Source: a bacterium (GTDB taxonomy: Bacteria; Patescibacteriota; Minisyncoccia; Phycocordibacterales; Phycocordibacteraceae). Taken from it: a stretch of DNA of 64,000 bases. The position numbers and the translations under genes were made by a program. Location of the stretch: the NCBI GenBank assembly GCA_037200965.1, contig JBBCGK010000001.1, positions 832,001 through 896,000 on the forward strand. The letters run 5' to 3'. Shown here in pieces: positions 19,283 through 27,875 of this stretch. Each line of letters begins with the position of its first letter. The stretch's first letter is position 1. The notes below the pieces were generated by a model, which did not search any database, was not told where the DNA came from, and saw only the letters and a list, made by a program, of their open reading frames with translations.

Positions 19283-20092
19283 ATGCGCAATTTCTGCTTT
19301 ACCGACTCCAGCGGGATATTGAGAAGCGATCGTTTCTTCGGAACCGGTCTTTTGGTGGTAAAGAACGTAGGGGACTTGGGCGACAAGCTCTATAAGAACA
19401 GCCAGCCGGCGAAGGCTCTCGCCAAGGAAGGAAAAAACCGACAGATCGAGCAGCTGCTTGCCGCCGGGAACAAAGACGAGGTCATACGGATGCTGCGGGG
19501 CAATTATCGTTTCGAGATGAAATTCGACAATGTCGGGAACCCTGCCCTGGCCCCGTATTACGACGGCATGGTTGACATCTTCTTTTCCGATTCCGACAAC
19601 CGCTTCTCCGCGATGGTCGTTGACCGCCAGAACCCCCGTTTTGACCACGGCGGCATGGAAGACTCGTGGGAAACCTATACGAAATACATCGCCATGCTGG
19701 TGGTGCGGGAAATGAGTCACATGCCGGACGACGAAATCTGCCTCGTTGTCGACGAGATAACCAAGCCCCGCACGAAGGCCTTGTCTTTGGAGGATGCTAT
19801 TTTGAGCAAAATTAGGGAAGAGACCGCGACCGTCGAGGGCCTCGATTTCGACAAGGTATTCGGTGCGCTTACCATCGAGTCGCATTCGAATCTCCCCATG
19901 CAGCTGTGCGATGTTCTTATGGGAGCCGTCATGTACGAGTACAAGAAGAAAAACGGTTTGAACAGTGTTCGGACAGAGGCGAGGAAAGAGCCGCTCGTGC
20001 GAAAAATACGCGCCGCGCTCGGCGAGCCGACCTTGGCGAAGGAATTCACCGCCAACTCAACGGCATACTTCAACGTTTTCGAGTGCGTATAG
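19283..20092 (+). CDS. DUF3800-like protein
   Basis: N-terminal FTDSSG and C-terminal ESHSNLPMQLCDVLMGAV resemble DUF3800. Confidence 0.45.
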   Translation: MRNFCFTDSSGILRSDRFFGTGLLVVKNVGDLGDKLYKNSQPAKALAKEGKNRQIEQLLAAGNKDEVIRMLRGNYRFEMKFDNVGNPALAPYYDGMVDIFFSDSDNRFSAMVVDRQNPRFDHGGMEDSWETYTKYIAMLVVREMSHMPDDEICLVVDEITKPRTKALSLEDAILSKIREETATVEGLDFDKVFGALTIESHSNLPMQLCDVLMGAVMYEYKKKNGLNSVRTEARKEPLVRKIRAALGEPTLAKEFTANSTAYFNVFECV

Positions 20093-20307
20093 GAAAAAAG
20101 GAAAACGGCCCGCACGAGGCGGACCGCTTCCCTTCATGGGTCATCGACAAGAAACCGACACCCACTACTTTTGCCAGTCTATACCAGGCCGCGTGACGGG
20201 TCAATGAATATGAAGATTATACGGCCTACCTAAGCCATGCACTTTTCCCCTGCATGCATCGGTTTCCGAACGAAAAAGCAAAAAATACGGGTTGCTTGAC
20301 ATGACTG

Positions 20308-20357
20308 CCACATGGGAGTACGCTTGCCGTAATTACGGCAAGCGTACTCCCATGTGG
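20308..20357. repeat. Perfect 50-bp palindrome (25-bp arms, no spacer) between a TTGACA (20296-20301) and a TATAAT (20369-20374)
   Basis: CCACATGGGAGTACGCTTGCCGTAA | TTACGGCAAGCGTACTCCCATGTGG, an exact reverse complement, read directly. Confidence 0.85.
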
Positions 20358-20428
20358 CTTATATGTGTTATAATACATCTCTGCCGCCCGAGTTCCGAGA
20401 TGCCTTGCCGAGTTGGTATACTGACAGC

Positions 20429-21145
20429 ATGCAAGACCAACCACATTTCGGCATCGTTATCGCGATCTGCGCGGGCATCGCCGCGCTCGCCGTCCTCTTT
20501 TACGTCTGGAATGCGGGACAACCGGAAAACCCTCTCATTCCGCCACTTTCCCCTGAAGCTACGTCGACGGACGGCGTAGCTAGTACCACTTCCGAAGTCC
20601 CCGTGTATGCGCCGGAACCCGCCGCCGACCCGGTGCATGCATACGGAAGCGTGACGATCTCGCTCGGGCAGGTCGCCCGTTTCGCCGACCTCTACATCAG
20701 TCCGCTTTCGATCGAAGAGGACAGCCGCTGTCCCAAAGGGGTACAGTGCATTCAGGCGGGAACGGTACGGGTACAGCTTGAGATCGGAAGCGGACTTGGC
20801 AAGAGCACTCAAGTCACAAAGCTTGGGGATTCCGTTACTACCGAAGCCGAAACTATCACGTTCGTTGCGGCGAATCCCGAGCCTGTCGCGGGCATTACGG
20901 TCGCCCCTGCCGACTACCGCTTTACGTTCACGGTCACGAAGCGCCCGCCTGCCGCCGCGGGCGGCCCGTGCTTTGTCGGCGGTTGCTCGTCGCAGATCTG
21001 CAGCGACGAACCGGGCGCGATCTCCACGTGCGAATACCGCGACGCGTACGCCTGCTATAAGACGGCACGCTGCGAGCGGCAGCCGGGAGGCCAGTGCGGA
21101 TGGACGCAGACGCCGGAACTCGCCGCGTGCCTTGCGTCGTCATAG
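20429..21145 (+). CDS. Membrane-anchored secreted protein with a C-terminal Cys-rich domain
   Basis: TM helix after MQDQPHFGIVIAI. The C-terminus has 10 Cys (CFVGGCSSQICSDE...CEYRDAYACYKTARCERQPGGQCGW). Confidence 0.5.
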   Translation: MQDQPHFGIVIAICAGIAALAVLFYVWNAGQPENPLIPPLSPEATSTDGVASTTSEVPVYAPEPAADPVHAYGSVTISLGQVARFADLYISPLSIEEDSRCPKGVQCIQAGTVRVQLEIGSGLGKSTQVTKLGDSVTTEAETITFVAANPEPVAGITVAPADYRFTFTVTKRPPAAAGGPCFVGGCSSQICSDEPGAISTCEYRDAYACYKTARCERQPGGQCGWTQTPELAACLASS

Positions 21146-21164
21146 CCCGAGCCAAGGTATTCCA

Positions 21165-21683
21165 ATGAGCACTAACATTGTATGGGTTGACGAAAATGAT
21201 GCCGTTCTTGGGGAAACCACAAGGGAAAAGGCCCATGCCGAAGGCCTCCTGCACCGTATCGCGGTCACCTATCTTGTAAATGCTGAAGGGGAGATCCTGG
21301 TGAATGAACGGGCTGACGATGGGCGTTTCGACCATTCATCAGCGGGTCATGTCGATGCGGGCGAAAGCTATGTTGAGACGGCCCGCAGAGAGCTGAAAGA
21401 GGAACTCGGAATTGACGGTATTGATATAAAGGAGATCGGCGGTTCCATATCTCAAGATTTGATAAACGATCCGGGTCAGCCGTTCATGAACGCCCGGCAT
21501 ATATTCAAAGTATTTCTCGGAGTCCTGCTCCGGCCGGATTTGATCCGGATTGATCCTGATGAAGTAAAAAGCGTATTTTGGGCTGATCCGAATAAAGTTA
21601 TGGAAGATATGCGTAGTAATCCTTCAAGATATGCCGGAGGCTTTAAGAGCTCCCTGCCCGTATACCTGGATTCTCAAGGATAA
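21165..21683 (+). CDS. NUDIX hydrolase
   Basis: Nudix box GHVDAGESYVETARRELKEELGI. Internal start at 21165 chosen because the upstream ORF extension overlaps the neighbouring gene. Confidence 0.75.
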   Translation: MSTNIVWVDENDAVLGETTREKAHAEGLLHRIAVTYLVNAEGEILVNERADDGRFDHSSAGHVDAGESYVETARRELKEELGIDGIDIKEIGGSISQDLINDPGQPFMNARHIFKVFLGVLLRPDLIRIDPDEVKSVFWADPNKVMEDMRSNPSRYAGGFKSSLPVYLDSQG

Positions 21684-21687
21684 ACAC

Positions 21688-22158
21688 ATGAAAGAAAAGA
21701 AATTCATTCCGAGAAAGGGCCAAACGGACTTTACGAACATCCGCTATACGCCGGTTATCAATTGCGCCGTCCGCTATAAAGGCAGGATACTGCTCGTGAA
21801 GCGGGGTGCCGGAATGCGGTTGTATCCCGGGTATTGGAACGGGGTATCGGGGTTTCTCGATGACAAGAAGGAGCTTAAGGATAAGGTGCGCGAAGAACTC
21901 CGGGAGGAGCTTGGCCTTACGAAGAAGCAGATTGTTTCCATGAAGCTCGGCACGCTCCTGTATCAGGATGCTCCGAAGTATAAGAAGACGTGGCTCGTGC
22001 TCCCGGTATTGGTGGCTATAAATACTGACAAGGTGCGGCTTGACTGGGAGGGGGAAGAATACGGCTGGTTCAAGCCTTCCGGGATCAAGAAGCTCAGGCT
22101 TCTGCCGGGATTTAAGGAAACGCTTGAGAGCGCCCGTAAAGCCAGATACATCGTATAA
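21688..22158 (+). CDS. NUDIX hydrolase
   Basis: Nudix box GVSGFLDDKKELKDKVREELREELGL. Lies 4 nt after the previous NUDIX gene. Confidence 0.75.
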   Translation: MKEKKFIPRKGQTDFTNIRYTPVINCAVRYKGRILLVKRGAGMRLYPGYWNGVSGFLDDKKELKDKVREELREELGLTKKQIVSMKLGTLLYQDAPKYKKTWLVLPVLVAINTDKVRLDWEGEEYGWFKPSGIKKLRLLPGFKETLESARKARYIV

Positions 22159-22234
22159 ATGAAGGACGATATCCTGGAAAAGTGCAGGAGATTACGCGCG
22201 GCCTATGTAGAAGGCGGTCTTGGCCAGACCATAA

Positions 22235-22894
22235 ATGCCGGAGGATACACATCCGCAATTTGATGTCCCCGAGATAAGGCTTGCGTACTTTACGCTTCCC
22301 ATGGCGCTCAACTATCAGCGTGATAGTTATAAGTTATGGGAAGCTGCGCTAAAGACGCATGAAGATGCGCAGACCAGTTTCGTTTTTAATCTTTCGGAGG
22401 TATCCAAACGATCGGAAGAAGAGCTCAGAAAAGCTCTTGTAGCCCACAAGCTTGCCTTGCAGCCGAATAAGCATATCCGGACTTGGAGGACGATCACAGA
22501 TACTGTTAATCGCGAATGGGGTTCGTTTGAAGCCCTCATGCAAGCCTCAGGCGGTGATTTTCTTACGCTTAGGCACCTGGTTCAAGTCGCTCATAAACAG
22601 GGGTTTCCGTACCTCTCCGGTCCCAAAATCTTTAACTACTGGTCCTTTATTTTGAGTACTTACGGCGGCATACGTCTTAAAAATCGGCAACATATCAGTA
22701 TCGCCCCAGACACGCATATCACTCAATGCTCAATTCGATTGGGAGTTATTTCTCCTGAAGAAGCGGAGACACTATCAAAAGAAGTGATTTCTGAAAGATG
22801 GCATGATTTGCTTTCTGGAAGTGATATCGACGCTATCGACATGCATCCCCCTCTTTGGTTTTGGAGTAGAAACGGCTTCATATACCGTTTATAG
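22235..22894 (+). CDS. HhH-GPD superfamily DNA glycosylase-like protein (AGOG-like)
   Basis: ISIAPDTHITQCSIRLGVI resembles the helix-hairpin-helix VDTHIFRV.NRLG motif of EndoIII/Ogg-type glycosylases. Confidence 0.4.
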   Translation: MPEDTHPQFDVPEIRLAYFTLPMALNYQRDSYKLWEAALKTHEDAQTSFVFNLSEVSKRSEEELRKALVAHKLALQPNKHIRTWRTITDTVNREWGSFEALMQASGGDFLTLRHLVQVAHKQGFPYLSGPKIFNYWSFILSTYGGIRLKNRQHISIAPDTHITQCSIRLGVISPEEAETLSKEVISERWHDLLSGSDIDAIDMHPPLWFWSRNGFIYRL

Positions 22895-22917
22895 CCCTGA
22901 TGCTATAGTTTTTATAT

Positions 22918-23556
22918 ATGAACATCACGAAACTCGGGCACGCGTGCCTGGTAGTCGAAGAGAGCGGGGTGCGGGTCCTCGTCGATCCCGGAAGCTTCAC
23001 GACGGAACAAAACGAACTTTCCGGACTCGATGCGGTCGTGATAACGCACGAGCATCAGGATCATCTTAATATCGCGTCGCTCAAGAAAGTCATAGACAAT
23101 AATCCCGATATAGTCATCATCGCGAACGCTTCGATCGGTGCTGTGCTCGAGAAAGAAGGAATTGCCTATGCCAGGGTAGGCGACGGAGAAAAGATCGAAG
23201 TGAAAGGGCTGGCTATCACCGGTTCCGGCAAGGATCATGCGACCATCTGCGACGGCTTCGGCCTTGTCGAGAATACCGGCTATTTCATCGGCAGCCGCTT
23301 CTTCTATCCGGGCGATGCGTTTCATAATCCGGGCATACCGGTCGGGGTGCTCGCGCTTCCGGTCGCGGGCCCGTGGATGAAAATCAGCGAAGCGGTCGAC
23401 TATGTGAAAGCGGTACGCCCCGAAGTCTGCTTTCCGGTACATGACGGCATGTATAAGTCCGGCTTTAACATCGCCGATCGTATCGGCGAAGCACTCGTTA
23501 CGCCTCTTGGCATCGATTATGTGCCGATGAAGGACGGCGAGAACAGGGAATTCTGA
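22918..23556 (+). CDS. MBL-fold metallo-hydrolase
   Basis: HxHxDH motif ITHEHQDH. Confidence 0.75.
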   Translation: MNITKLGHACLVVEESGVRVLVDPGSFTTEQNELSGLDAVVITHEHQDHLNIASLKKVIDNNPDIVIIANASIGAVLEKEGIAYARVGDGEKIEVKGLAITGSGKDHATICDGFGLVENTGYFIGSRFFYPGDAFHNPGIPVGVLALPVAGPWMKISEAVDYVKAVRPEVCFPVHDGMYKSGFNIADRIGEALVTPLGIDYVPMKDGENREF

Positions 23557-24257
23557 TGAAAGCAGCCGTACACCGGGCTGACAGCAGGGGTGGCGCGGAT
23601 CACGGCTGGCTCAAGACCCGTCACAGCTTCAGTTTCGCGAACTGGCACGATCCGGAGCGCGACGGTTTCGGCGCGCTCCGGGTGTTGAACGACGATGTCA
23701 TCGCGCCCCACCAGGGCTTCGGTGCCCATCCGCACCGGGATTTCGAGATCGTTACGATTGTCACGCGCGGCGCGGTTACGCACGAGGACGGCCTCGGCAC
23801 GCGCGCGAAAGTCGCCGCGGGAGAGGTGCAGGTGATGAGCGCGGGAACCGGCGTCGTGCACTCCGAAAAGAACGAGGAAGACGAACCGCTCGAGCTTTTC
23901 CAGCTTTGGATCGTTCCTAAGGAGCGGGGAGTCGCCCCGCGCTATGACCGGAAGAGGTTTGACGAAGCCAGCCGGAAGAACGCGCTCCAGCTTCTGGTCT
24001 CCGACACCGGGGAAGACGGCTCGCTCATGATCCGTCAGGATGCGCGGATATATCTGGCCGACCTTGCCGCGGGAGCGGAAATTCCGTATCAGCTGCCACC
24101 CGGGCGCGGGGCGTATGTATTCGTAGTCGAAGGCGAAGTGAAAATCGGAGAAGTCCTGCTCAAGCGCCGCGACGCCCTTGCCGTTTCGGATAGTTCCTCC
24201 TTCTCCATAACGCCTGTCACGGCCGCAAACATCCTTGTCATCGACGTGCCGGTATGA
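23556..24257 (+). CDS. Pirin family protein
   Basis: GFGAHPHRDFEIVTIVTRGAVTHEDGLG is the pirin N-terminal metal-binding signature. ATGA overlap with the upstream gene. Confidence 0.8.
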   Translation: MKAAVHRADSRGGADHGWLKTRHSFSFANWHDPERDGFGALRVLNDDVIAPHQGFGAHPHRDFEIVTIVTRGAVTHEDGLGTRAKVAAGEVQVMSAGTGVVHSEKNEEDEPLELFQLWIVPKERGVAPRYDRKRFDEASRKNALQLLVSDTGEDGSLMIRQDARIYLADLAAGAEIPYQLPPGRGAYVFVVEGEVKIGEVLLKRRDALAVSDSSSFSITPVTAANILVIDVPV

Positions 24258-25504
24258 ACGGCGCGCATGACGTGATCGTCGTCGGGGGCGGAGCGTCGGG
24301 GATGATGGCCGCCGCGGTCGCGGCAAGGCGCGGCAAGCGCGTGCTTCTTCTCGAGAAGAACGCGCGGCTCGGGGAGAAGCTTTCGATATCGGGCGGCGGC
24401 CGCTGCAATATCACGAACGCGGAGTTCGATACGCGCGCGTTTCTTGCCCGCTACGGCGCCGCCGCGGATTTTCTCCATTCCGCCTTCGCGCAGTTTGGCG
24501 TGCAGGACACTTTTGATTTTTTCGAGGACCTCGGTCTTCCGCTCAAAGTCGAGGCCGGGAAGCGCGCGTTTCCGGCAAGCGAGCGCGCCACGGACGTCGT
24601 GCGCGCGCTCATCGAAGCGCTTCGCGCGGGCAGGGCCGAGGTTCGCACGGGCACGGCCGTCGGGCAGATCATCGCGAAGGACGGACGTATCGAAACGATT
24701 ATTGCGGGAGGGACAGAGTATCGCGCGGCTTCCTATGTTTTCTCGACCGGCGGCGTCTCGCATCCGGAGACCGGTTCGACGGGCGACGGTTTCGGATGGC
24801 TCCGGGAACTCGGGCATGCCGTAGCGGAGCCGACGCCGACCATCGTCCCTTTGGCCACCAAAGAAACGTGGGGGCGGGAGCTTTCCGGCGTCTCGATCGA
24901 CGGCGTGAAAATCGCGTTCGAGCGCGAGGCGTTCCCGGGAGAAAAGCCCAAGCGCTTCTCAAGGGAAGGAAGGGTGCTTTTCACGCATTTCGGCATCTCG
25001 GGTCCGACCGTGCTTAACGCGGCGGGGAAAGTGGCGGATCTTCTCCATGAGGGCGCGGTATCCGCGAGGATCGATCTCTATCCGGCGCTCGATGCCGGGC
25101 ATCTCGACCGGGAGATCACGGGCAGATTCGACGCGAACAAGAACAAATCGGCGCGAAACGCGCTCAAGGAATTCCTTCCGCCGGGCACCCCGCAGGTATT
25201 TTTGAAGCTTGCGGGCCTTGACCCGGAAAAGAAGGCGCACAGCGTGACGCGGGACGAGCGCCGGGCGCTCGCAAATCTCCTTAAATCCCTTCCGCTTACC
25301 ATCGCCGGGCTCATGGGATTCGAACGCGCCGTGGTCGCCGACGGCGGCGTTCCGCTTGTCGAAATCGATATGCGTACCATGCGTTCGAAGAAGACCGGGA
25401 ACCTTTTCGTCACCGGCGATCTTTTGAATATTGAGAGGCCTTCAGGCGGCTATTCGCTCCAGCTGTGCTGGACCACCGGGTACGTGGCGGGGAGCGCGGT
25501 ATAA
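24254..25504 (+). CDS. HI0933-like NAD(P)/FAD-dependent flavoprotein (YhiN/aminoacetone oxidase family)
   Basis: DVIVVGGGASGMMAA dinucleotide fold, GGGRCNITN, and a GISGP motif. Confidence 0.8.
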   Translation: MNGAHDVIVVGGGASGMMAAAVAARRGKRVLLLEKNARLGEKLSISGGGRCNITNAEFDTRAFLARYGAAADFLHSAFAQFGVQDTFDFFEDLGLPLKVEAGKRAFPASERATDVVRALIEALRAGRAEVRTGTAVGQIIAKDGRIETIIAGGTEYRAASYVFSTGGVSHPETGSTGDGFGWLRELGHAVAEPTPTIVPLATKETWGRELSGVSIDGVKIAFEREAFPGEKPKRFSREGRVLFTHFGISGPTVLNAAGKVADLLHEGAVSARIDLYPALDAGHLDREITGRFDANKNKSARNALKEFLPPGTPQVFLKLAGLDPEKKAHSVTRDERRALANLLKSLPLTIAGLMGFERAVVADGGVPLVEIDMRTMRSKKTGNLFVTGDLLNIERPSGGYSLQLCWTTGYVAGSAV

Positions 25505-25511
25505 TCGGTCT

Positions 25512-26114
25512 ATGAAAAGGACCTGTATCGTGCTGTTTCTTCCTGCTCTGTTTGTTGTCGCAGCCGTCTCAAGCCCGCTTGCCGCCTCGGCCCACGTATT
25601 CAAGGAGGACGGGGCGATCGGAGCGCTCATGTATACCGACCTCGGCCATACGCCCCCCGCGGGCGTGCCGGTGAAATTCTTCCTCCAGTTCCGGGATTCG
25701 CAGGTACCGCTCCAGCTGCAGCACGATTACGAATTCACCATATCCTTTACGGATTCGGATAACGCTTCGAGCACGGTGCCGTCCGACGATTTCCGCTACG
25801 TCGCCGCAACCGAACTCGACTTCTATCATACGTTCCCCGGAAAAGGAGAATACACGCTGACCGTCTCGGGCGCGCCGCTTGCCGAAGGGCTTGCCCCTTT
25901 CACGCTTCGCTACGATCTTCCCGTTGCGGAGGCGGGGGAAGCCGTAGCGGATGATTCCCACGAAGGCATGGATAGCATGCACCACGACCACAGCCTGTTT
26001 GGCGAGCATGCCGTACACTTCATCCTCTTCGGGGGCGTTATCGTCCTCGTCGTATTCCTCATCGCCCGCGATCTGTGGCGCAGGCGGCGGGAGCCCGGAA
26101 AGCATACGGACTAG
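25512..26114 (+). CDS. Secreted His-rich protein with a C-terminal TM anchor
   Basis: Signal peptide. HEGMDSMHHDHSLFGEHAVH precedes the C-terminal TM plus RRRRE tail. Confidence 0.45.
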   Translation: MKRTCIVLFLPALFVVAAVSSPLAASAHVFKEDGAIGALMYTDLGHTPPAGVPVKFFLQFRDSQVPLQLQHDYEFTISFTDSDNASSTVPSDDFRYVAATELDFYHTFPGKGEYTLTVSGAPLAEGLAPFTLRYDLPVAEAGEAVADDSHEGMDSMHHDHSLFGEHAVHFILFGGVIVLVVFLIARDLWRRRREPGKHTD

Positions 26115-26123
26115 AATGTTAGA

Positions 26124-27875
26124 GTGAAACCCATGCAGCTGTTTGCCAAAAAAGAAAAGCCTGTACATACGAGTTTCGGCCCGCCATATGCCGTGCTCAA
26201 TCTCTCCAAAGTCGGTCTGCGGTATTTCCGTTTCATGATCAAGTCGTCTCACGCTTCGAGGGATCGGCTCGTGCAGAAGTTCATAGACCATCCGAACGTC
26301 GGCTGGATATTCTCTGCGGAGGGCTGGTTCAATCTCGCCGTGGGCGTTTGGGCAAAGGACAATGCGGAAATCAACGATATCAGTTCCTCGATTCGCGCAA
26401 CGTTGAATCCGGGCGACGAGATTGTGTACCAATCCGAGCTCACGAGCCTCTACGGCTTCGGGAACCGGCCAGTCGCGGGAGAGGTCCGCGCGATGGCCAT
26501 AGTCGATGCCGTTTATACTCCGGTCGATCTCGACCATCTTACATTTGATTATCTTAAACTTGTCGCGCTCGACAGTTCGCTCCCGGAACGTGATGCCGCA
26601 GAAATCCTTGGAATAACGGAGGAAGCACTAACGCGGTTGCGAAGTGAGCTCGAGGCCGCGGGTGTCATAGTCGGGTACCAGGACCGGCTCAACTACACGG
26701 GTACGTATTACAAAGTATTCATCGATACGCTCCGTGCCAAGACGCCCGATGCGGTCCAGAAGCTTACCGATCGGCTCTGGGGAGATATGCGGTGCATTTA
26801 CATAGAACGCGCCAACGGAAAATACGATTTCGAATTCGAACTTGTGCTTGAGCACAAGGCGGCTATATGGGAATATGTCAGGGATTTTCCGGAGCACAAA
26901 ATAGCGGTCCTGACGAAGAACTTGTATACCAATCTCTACCCGCTCAATAAAATCGCGAACTTGCGGGAGATTAAGGATTCGATTCTCGCGCAAAGTGGAA
27001 GCGTTATCGATCTGCGCAACTCGAAACTCTGGTATCTGAATCCGAGAGGCGCGAACGCATATCTGAACATATATGAAAACAGGAACTATTTCGAGGCGAT
27101 GGAAAAGAGCGAACTCGATCTGTTCAGCGATATAACCGCTCATATCCGGGAGAAAAGCGGTGCGGAAAGCTACAGCCTCATAGACATCGGCAGCGGGGAC
27201 GGGCTCAAGGCAAGAATTTTCATAGAAAAGCTCGGAGAAGAAAAGATAAAAGCCTATTATCCGGTCGATATACAACCGATCGAACTTGCGGCCGCCCTTA
27301 AGTCGCATGCGGCCGGCGCATACGCGAAACATCCGGTGCTTCTGGATATCGAAAATCTATCGGCACGGTTTCCCTTAAAGCTTCACCCCGGCGAAGGACA
27401 GATAACCATTTTCCTTGGCGGCACATATGGAAACTTCAAGAACGAACGGATCAACGCGTATCTGAAACCGCTATTGCGCGATCCGTCTGCCGTGGTGCTC
27501 GTTTCGATGCCGATTGTGTCCGGGAAAACCGATGCCGATATGATCGAACTCTATTCGGGGAAACAGATGGAAGATATGGCCTTTGGTCCTCTGCTCCAGA
27601 TAGGCTTCGCGCTTGGCGACTTCGAGGCGAATCCGGCGCATCCCGATCTGCGCATACAGCCGGTCGTCGAGGATTCCAGGCTTGTTACCACATTTACCCT
27701 TAAAAACGATAAGATAATTCTTGGAAAGCGTTTTGATAAAGGGACTGTTTTCAAGATGACCACTTCGTGGAAGCCGACGCTTGAGGAAGTTCGTGCCGCG
27801 CTCGAACGTGATTTTGTTATCGAGAAGATGTTCCACAACAGCGAGATGTCCATTTCCATTATTAGGGCAAAATGA
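26124..27875 (+). CDS. Fusion protein: tandem AsnC/Lrp-like (HTH+RAM) units fused to an EgtD-type (Methyltransf_33) SAM-dependent methyltransferase
   Basis: Residues ~140-260 read LDHLTFDYLKLVALDSSLPERDAAEILGITEEALTRLRSELEAAGVIVGY (AsnC-type HTH) followed by a RAM-like segment. Residues ~345-583 read SLIDIGSGDGLKAR...YYPVDIQP...IFLGGTYGNFKNERINAYL, matching the EgtD/histidine-N-methyltransferase family. Confidence 0.55.
   Translation: MKPMQLFAKKEKPVHTSFGPPYAVLNLSKVGLRYFRFMIKSSHASRDRLVQKFIDHPNVGWIFSAEGWFNLAVGVWAKDNAEINDISSSIRATLNPGDEIVYQSELTSLYGFGNRPVAGEVRAMAIVDAVYTPVDLDHLTFDYLKLVALDSSLPERDAAEILGITEEALTRLRSELEAAGVIVGYQDRLNYTGTYYKVFIDTLRAKTPDAVQKLTDRLWGDMRCIYIERANGKYDFEFELVLEHKAAIWEYVRDFPEHKIAVLTKNLYTNLYPLNKIANLREIKDSILAQSGSVIDLRNSKLWYLNPRGANAYLNIYENRNYFEAMEKSELDLFSDITAHIREKSGAESYSLIDIGSGDGLKARIFIEKLGEEKIKAYYPVDIQPIELAAALKSHAAGAYAKHPVLLDIENLSARFPLKLHPGEGQITIFLGGTYGNFKNERINAYLKPLLRDPSAVVLVSMPIVSGKTDADMIELYSGKQMEDMAFGPLLQIGFALGDFEANPAHPDLRIQPVVEDSRLVTTFTLKNDKIILGKRFDKGTVFKMTTSWKPTLEEVRAALERDFVIEKMFHNSEMSISIIRAK

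Noticed and set aside
20296-20374. TTGACA and TATAAT read as a single sigma-70 promoter.
   Set aside because: The hexamers are 67 bp apart, far beyond a 16-19 bp spacer. Only the -10 is likely to serve the downstream gene.
20292-20579. ORFs 20292..20579 (+) and 20226..20444 (-) spanning the 50-bp palindrome.
   Set aside because: Their reading frames are created by the palindrome itself. The real downstream gene starts at 20429 in another frame with a TATAAT upstream.
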